A stretch of DNA of 59,708 nt, counting the filler, from Sphacelaria rigidula (lineage: Eukaryota), in the NCBI GenBank assembly GCA_964200075.2. It is 3 parts of 3 records of this genome, joined end to end, with 100 filler letters (N's around TTAATTAATTAA, not from the genome) between each part and the next. Parts side by side here need not be neighbours in the genome. Positions count along the whole stretch, not along the records: positions 39,874 to 59,708 come from CAXNAA020000603.1; 2 more parts are not named here. The stretch is one strand, 5' to 3'. The notes beneath the pieces were generated by a model, which had not been told where the DNA came from, made no database searches, and worked only from the letters and a program-made list of their open reading frames with translations. Below are positions 52,591 through 59,708 of this stretch, in pieces. The stretch's first letter is position 1; each line of letters opens with the position of its first letter. Both the position numbers and the translations under genes were made by a program.

Positions 52591-55500
52591 AACAACGTTT
52601 TCGTGAGATTGAGAGTAGAGCGCCGATCGAGAGTGGCTTCGGTAATTCGCTTTGACCTAGCCAATTTTTCATTCCATGTTTGCTGTGACGAAATTACGCC
52701 GCAACGTTAAGTTGGTAGTGATGATCTGGATAATGACCGTTGGAAGTGATGATATGGATAATGACCGGGGACACTAGGTTGATACCCTCTCGTGTCCGGG
52801 AGGGTGCCTTGGAACGACACTCCATGAGAATAAGAATGTTGTAAAGGTTGACAACTGAAACTGAGGCCAGTAAGACTGAGGAGTCCCTCAACAGCAGTAA
52901 TCCACCAGTCCCTCTTCTGGCTGGCGTCACAATATCGTTATTAGTGCTAGTGTTAGTGCTACCAAATCTGCTGGAAAGGATTTCGGCGGAGGAGTCTGGT
53001 AACGGTGAAAAACCTGAAAAACCACGGACGAGTGGAGAGGGTTCCAGCTGAGGCAGCTGCAGAAAGGCGGCTGGCCTGTGATTGATCCTGACTGGAGACT
53101 TGCTGAAGCTGCGCACAGCGGGAGTATGGAGGCTCCTACGACTGTGTGGTGCGGCGGCGAAGTAAGGAAATGTGCAATCCGCTGAAGTCCGTCGGCCTGT
53201 GAAAGTTCGCAGGTGGCCGGTTGCAGCTATGGCGACCGGTTCGCGAAATACGTCCAGCGTGACGCCCGTGGTCATGTGGGAAGAGTTGCGACCTCCCCAA
53301 TAAGGGGATAGGTACTCGGAGAGTGCATCTCGCACTTTTTATACGAAGTACTTTGGGTACAAGAAGCGTGTGAAGCACGCTAACGCAGGGGGTGCTGTGC
53401 AGCATCAGGTGGTGCCAATGGTTCAACAAGTGCCAGCTCTTGTGCAGAGAGTGTTTGCTTGTTTGGAGCATAAGAAGAGCCCAATCACCGCGCCGCAGTT
53501 GGTTGCGGCGATCAAAAAGCATGCTGGGCATGCGGCGGGCACTTTTCACTGTTGTGGCCAGGTCGACCATTACGCGCGCGGTTGCCCAACGCCTTCCGTG
53601 GAGAGTCTGGGCAGTCTCATGCCGCGCGCCATCAGCATCGTCAGAACGAGAGCAAAATACGAGATAATCGGGGTGGCGGCGGGGGATCCTCCGGCGGTGG
53701 AGGGTCGCAGTCAAGTGTTCAGCAGCAGCAACAGCAGCAGCAGCAGCAGCAGCAGGGGAAGAGGCGTCAGCATGGATCTGATTCCGGGTCCGGCGCCGCT
53801 GTTGGTGCTGCTGTTCCGCAACGGGTGGTGCAGGTGAGACCGACTCCCATAGTGCCGAACACTGCGCCGGCGCCGATGGTGGCACCGGTGGCGACACCGG
53901 AAGCAGCACCAGGCGCGACGCCTGCTGACCTGCTGGTCGGAGGTTCGCCAAATTCTTGGTCTACTGGCTGGCGGTCATACCCGCCGGCGGTGCTGTTTCA
54001 ACCTGCCAGGGCGTCTTCGGCTACACAGCTTGCGCAGCCGTGGCGTCAAGTGGGATTAGAGGCGCATCGATCGGCGAATAAAGTGCCAGTGGCGTCTGCG
54101 CACAAATACGTTTCTGCGGAGCTGTGTCTCCCCAACCAACGGGCGCGGGGAACCATTGCGGTTCGGGCTAAGTGGGATTCTGGCGCCCGCTGGACGGGTC
54201 ATGTGAGTCTGTTGCTGCAGATTGTAGAGATGTTGGAGCGTCTTCTCCCAGGGGTGCCGCTGCGCATTCCTTTTTCGCTCGGGGCGCGGCAGGCCGTCCC
54301 CGTGTCGGGTCAGCATGTTTTCGTCACCGAGCGTGCTATTCCACTGCATCTGACTTCCACGACTTCCTGGGGACCGGCACAGTTGCCTCCGATCTCGTTT
54401 GCGATCATGCTAGGGCCGGATGGCTTTATTCTTCTGGGGTTGCTGACGCTTCAGGATCTTGGAGTCGACGCTGGGCGGTTGTGGAACTCCATAGAGACGC
54501 GGATGTCTCCGCCTGGTCCGCGCTTGGAGACGCCCGCCGTTTTATGCAGCGTCGCGTGAGTTTGTCGGTGCATGCTTTTTAGGAGGCTGCAGGGCAGGCG
54601 ATCGAGGAGCGGGATGCGGCGGTGGAACACTCGGTAGAGCGCGGCCCGGAGATGTTAATGATTCCGGCGGAAGCGAAGTCCGCTCGGAAAATCGCGCCTG
54701 AGGACAGCGTGACGGATGCTGGGGCGGCAGGCCTCAGCTTCTCAAAAGCGGAGCGCCTGCACGGTATATTGCATCGCCGCGTCAACCCGTTTCATTGTGC
54801 GCTGCGGGGTGACCCCCCTGCGCGCGTGGATCCCATGCCTGTTCAGCTAATATCTGGGGCGTCAGCGGCGAAGACAAAGCCGCGGCGGTGCGATCCAGTG
54901 AAGTCGAGTTGGTTGGCGTTGTGCATGTCGGCTCTTTTGGCGCTCGGGTTGGTGTTACGGAATTTGCAGGCGAGGTGATCCAGTCCAGATATGGCGTTTC
55001 CAAAGAAGGCTGCATCGTGGACGGAGGGCAGGCTGCAGGCGTGGGCGGCAGCAAAAGATCTGGTGGCTCATGCCGTGACGCTTTTTCATCCTCTTCCTGA
55101 TTGCCAGGTGTTCATGTTTCTGGATGCATCTGAGTGCCAGTGGGGTGATTTGGTCACGTAGGCGCCTACAGTTTAATTTGAAATGCCTGTGCGTGCTGTG
55201 GCTGTGTATGGTCCGTGTGAACCTGATGACTCGATGCCGTTCAAATCTGTTGTCCGCCAAGCGCAACGAAAATGCCATGGGGCCGAATGCGGATGTGCAA
55301 TCTTTCGAGTCGGACGTTGGTGCTGCTATCTTGGACAGTGAAGGTCTGTTTCGGGTGCATGTGCGTGGCCGGAACGTTTTGTGGATCCCTAGTTATGACA
55401 AGCAGTTACAGGTACGTCTGATGATTTGCGCGCACATGCGCCACGCCGGGCATCGTGGTATGGCGAAGAAATTCGCGCACATGAGTTTTGTGTCTGGCAG

Positions 55501-57041
55501 GGGATAGAAGCTCATGTGCGCGAATTTCTTCGCCATTGTCTTCACTGTCCTGACGCGAGGGCGGGCGATGTTGTTCCCCGCCCTCTTGGCGAAACGGTCC
55601 ATGGGGCCATGCCGAATGAAGTCGTTCATTTTGACTTTTAGCACGTGGGTGAGAGTGGCCCGCTGGCTTCCCAAGGTTTGTTGGAGGATGCTGGGTTTCG
55701 ATAAATTTTGGTATTCATGGATGATTTGAGTAACTTCGTGTCTCTGGAACCAGTAGCAGTGTATACTACTGAATCGGCCGCTGCATCTTTGCTGAATTGG
55801 TGCAAAACTTTGGGGGTGCCGCGTGTGTGGGTGAGTGATAACGCCACGCATATTTCAAAAACACGATCATGGCCCGCTTGCGAGAGGCTTTGCATATTGA
55901 TCACCAGTCTGCGGTGGCATATTCTCCGTGGTCTAACGGCACGTGCGAACGTATAGTCAAGGAAGTAGTTCGTGCTCTTCGCTCTCTTCTTCTCGAGCAG
56001 CGTAAAGCGGTTTTCGTGTGAGTGGACGTGTTGCCGGCGGTGTAATGGGCGCTCTAGACAGCGTATCATCGCCGGTACGACAGTACGCCGTATCACATGA
56101 TATCTTGGCGTGCCCGTGGACTGGTCCGTGGAGAGTGGTTCGTGCTCACCACCCGCACGTGTTTGAGATTCAAAACATCGTTTCGGTTCGTGTTTAGACC
56201 GCTCATGTAGCTCGTTTGTGTTTTTATGCAGACTCGCAGCTGAATGTTACGGCTGATGTGAGGGACGTGTTCCAATATGCTTTCAATCAGGGGCAATTGT
56301 AGATGGCTGGTATTGTCCGGGTGGTGGAAGCAGACGATCGTAAGTTGATCGTGTTGGTGGACTGGGTTGGTTTCAAAGTTGAGGAGCGTACGTGGGAGCC
56401 TTCCGAGGATGTTTTTTAGGTCAATCCAGAATTTCTTACGACGGAGTTGCATACATTGCGCGTGACTCGTGTCGTTGCTGCCTGCATTACGAGTGAGTTT
56501 GGTATTCTGTTGTGACTTACTCATCGTTTTGGCGTTTTTCATGTGTTAAGCTTGTTGATCGACTTTCGTTCAACGCGCTTTGGGGGTGCTGTGACGAAAT
56601 TACACCGCAACCTTGAGTCGGTAGTAATGATCTGGATAATGACCATCGGTAGTTATGATATAGATAATGACCGGGGAAACTAGGTCGATACCCTGTCGTG
56701 TCTAAGAGGGTGCCTTGGAACGACACTCCATGAGAATGAGAATGTTGTAAAGGCTGACAACTGAAACTGAAGCCAGTAAGACTGGGGAGTCCCTCAACAG
56801 CAGTAATCCACCAGTCCCTCTTCTGACTGGCGTCACAGTGCTTTTCTTTGCCTCTGTCCCTAGCGTGTCTCACAGCTACATGTCGATATCCTACTCAAGG
56901 ATATCAAGGGCCTCAGTGGCAAGCTACTACAGAAAGCATACGGGCCTCGTGGAGGGGCATTTTGGAACTGAAGCGACTCATTCACTAATTGACCACTTTT
57001 CACTCTCAATCCTCTACTCTCAATCTCGCGAAAACGTTGTT
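52591..57041 (+). mobile_element. MITE-like host element split by an LTR retrotransposon
   Basis: 30-bp TIRs at 52591-52620 and 57012-57041 (one mismatch), with TACC directly flanking both ends. Confidence 0.8.
52684..56837 (+). mobile_element. Degenerate, internally deleted Ty3/Gypsy LTR retrotransposon
   Basis: 248-bp LTRs at 52684-52931 and 56590-56837 (TGTGACG...CGTCACA), with a G-rich tract before the 3' LTR. Frameshifted remnants: gag knuckle (FHCCGQVDHYARGCP), protease (WDSGA), RT start, RNase H start (FLDASECQWG), integrase (HAGHRG, CLHC, VHFDF, VSDNATH, SPWSNGTCER) and a possible chromodomain. Integrase after RNase H is the Gypsy order. Confidence 0.92.
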
Positions 57042-57191
57042 TACCTTGTTTACTCCCGTTCTCGCACTTTCCACAATGGATATCAGACACTACGAAGATA
57101 ATCCCCAACGTGCCGGGAATCGGACCCTCGTTCTCTCCACTCTAATGACTACAGTCGGACCATTACACCACCGGGGCGTGGCACCTGCAAT

Positions 57192-57410
57192 GTACTGTAA
57201 TGCGTGGGAGGACCGCGTGCTTAGAGGACCGCATCGGAACTCGAACGCCCCTATGGTTGGGGTTAGGGTTAGTCTTAGTGTTAGGGTGAAGGTCAGGAGC
57301 GTGGTACCTGCAGGGACCGGCCCGATCGGTTTTGAAAAGCGTCGATCCTGAGGTGCTTTGAACTGCGGCGCGGTCCTCTAAGTACGCGGTCCCCTCATGC
57401 ATTACAGTAC
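57192..57410. mobile_element. MITE-like element with about 40-bp TIRs and internal telomere-like hexamers
   Basis: gtactgtaatgc.tg...ggaccgcgt.cttagaggaccgc and its reverse complement ending at 57410. The interior reads ggttggggttagggttagtcttagtgttagggt. Confidence 0.75.
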
Positions 57411-58419
57411 GACAATCATATGCGCTTGCATCTTACACCTGTTCCCTCACAATCATGCTTAAACAGCCAATTCTAACTTTTGGGGTTGAACACTAAAATA
57501 GGGTTCAAGCGGCATATATTTCTTGTAGAAATGACGCGAAAGAGTTACACCGAGGGAAACCATCTCCCCCCCCAAAAATCTGCAGCAGTTAAGCAGTTGT
57601 GACTAGATGCACCGAATAAATGCGGTGTACACGCGTGTCGATGACGATGCCACCGGAGGAGTAACGACAGAGAGGAAGCTCCTCGCCCGTGTCCTTAGTG
57701 TGTCCTCGCTCGGCGATTCCCAATCGCTCGAGAGACTGCCATCATGCATGTTACCAGCATGTACCCAATTTCCCATGTGCCGGTAGGCAGGTAATTGCTG
57801 CACAGCCCCTCAAAAAACATCGAGGTGCCGAGAGGTGCCGTCTCATCTTGTCTGTGGAGCTTACCGATACAAATATCGATTCGTGACTGCCTCTCTTTTT
57901 GGACAGGACGCGCCTATGTACGCTGCAGAACACATCGTTGAAATACAGGGAGATGTTCCCGTCACCGCTCCTGGTATCTGTCACACACATGCCATCGTTG
58001 AGCAAGGACGGTGCTGCGGCAATAACAGGTCCACCCGCAACTTGGGGTGTTACTCATCGTTGATTTGACCGGACATGTGTACCTGTGCGTGCGCGACGAC
58101 AAGAGCGTGCCACACGCCAGTTGGGGGGATGTATGAGAGATCAAACACTTGTGGAGGTCTTCTTGTCATGCGGAGTGAAAGAAGATACCTGTAGTGGCGA
58201 CCTAACTGTTGCTGGCGTGGCGGTTACCTCCATGCTGCAACTTCGAGTACCCATCCACCCGCTGCGTGTGTCGCGGTAGCTTTCGAAAACTCCCATGTCA
58301 GAAGGTCATCTATTTCAAGCTGGGGCGAGATATATGTTTCACGAGGAACAAGAGTGCTCTATGATCAACCTCTTGTCGTTGCATTTGAGACCCAAACCAT
58401 CAACCGCCCAACGCAGAGG

Positions 58420-59275
58420 TCTTGCTGCTTTCAAGCAACACTGGCGGCAGTACGCCATATAAACTCGGTCACAGATAACTTTCGTTGCTCTACTGTACTG
58501 TACTGACTGTCGCCTGTACAATCACCGTAACTAGCAAAACCGAAAGTGACAAGGGTTGTAAAATTGAACATCGCACACCATGTAAAGGACTCTCAACTAC
58601 TGCAATTTCGTTGCTGCATGTACTATAGGCCCCTCCTGGGCTTAGAACAAGGTCACAAGACTGTTCCAAAGGCTTCCTCCCTCACTAGGGCTTGGAGACT
58701 CCAAGACAGATATGATGTTCACGAACACACAGTCTTCGTTATCGGAAGTAACCTTGACCTCCTTGAACACATATACTGTCAAGCAGTCATAGTCATACTA
58801 CAGCGAGTATTTCATGACCTAATATCATGATGCAAACCGCATATCCAAACCTCCATGGACCACCCTGCAGCTCGTCATGCACCTGGGCGTGTACTAGAGG
58901 TGGACTACTCTACAGTGCTGACTGCCTGTAGCGATTCGATTGTACAAGCCTTGCAAGAGAGAAGGGTTATCAAATTTGAATATTATTCCATAACATCAAA
59001 ACTCTGTTCGCAAGCTGGGGGCAAGTGCTGGAGTTGGGTTCGGTCAGCCGTTCCAGAATACATCCGAATAATAGAGGATGGAGAATGCGCATTTTGGCAG
59101 CTTGCGAGAGCCGTTTTGATTTAACAGGTGTAGATTCTACTATCATTACCCTTCTCCCTTACGAGGCTTGTACAATCGAATTGCTGCTACAAGCAGTCAG
59201 TACATGCAGCGACGAAATTGCGGTAATATTACGGCTGAACCGACTGCCTACTACTGCCGTTGCTTGAAAGCTGTT
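58420..59275. repeat. Scrambled inverted-repeat complex (fold-back element remnant)
   Basis: 59135-59275 is reverse-complementary in pieces to 58915-58985, 58592-58625 and 58423-58455. Confidence 0.65.
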
Positions 59276-59708
59276 CACGGCTTCCCTGTCCCCCCGTCAG
59301 GTATTAATAAACAGCTGTAGACTTTTTTCAACCGCATACAACACGAATGGGGGTACGGAGAGTTTCTTCTCCATGAAAATGCGTGTTTTTCAACCTGCAA
59401 AGCGTTTCATGCGCAATGTTCTCCAATACGAACGGTAACTTGTCGATTCCTGTTCCGTTCTCCACGGACGGGCTGATGCCAATCCCAGAAAAGTTTTGTA
59501 TTGCTGTTCAACGGTATATTTGCGTGTCCGCCCACCTTCCCTTAGGTCTTGAGAGTCGTTTAAAATGGGTGGATGAAGTTTAGAAAAAACAACCGTTTTG
59601 ATTTCATGCCCGTTGCGAAGTCCGGTCGGGAGTAAGTACTGTGGCCCAAAATGGTGCCAAGCCATTGCGTTTATCATGTAGGATGCTGGATGATGATTAT
59701 GTGATAGG

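Overview
Eukaryotic, intron-rich, repeat-rich genomic DNA. The short exons, long introns, bipartite plastid-targeting presequence and microsatellites suggest a stramenopile, probably a brown alga (inference). The window is not contiguous: three pieces of 19,837, 19,836 and 19,835 bp are joined by identical 100-nt N/TTAATTAATTAA spacers, as expected for size-sorted unplaced contigs. Contig 1 holds the 5' exon of a possible GatC-like gene (-) head-to-head with a probably plastid-targeted class I SAM methyltransferase gene (+, at least 8 exons). The first two introns of that gene carry three unrelated long fold-backs, two with a G:U bias on the sense strand; this candidate intronic miRNA/hairpin-RNA cluster is the best lead. 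Contig 2 holds the first five exons of a coiled-coil protein gene (-) with a triplicated splice donor, a long zone of fossil ORFs and repeats with another near-perfect hairpin, and a first exon of a possibly secreted Cys-rich protein. Contig 3 holds the last eight exons of a JmjC/cupin Fe(II)/2OG oxygenase with a large low-complexity insertion and a GC-AG intron, a convergent (-) gene end, and a deleted Ty3/Gypsy LTR retrotransposon nested in a MITE. Gene models were built by eye from splice signals and phase continuity; no database search was run.
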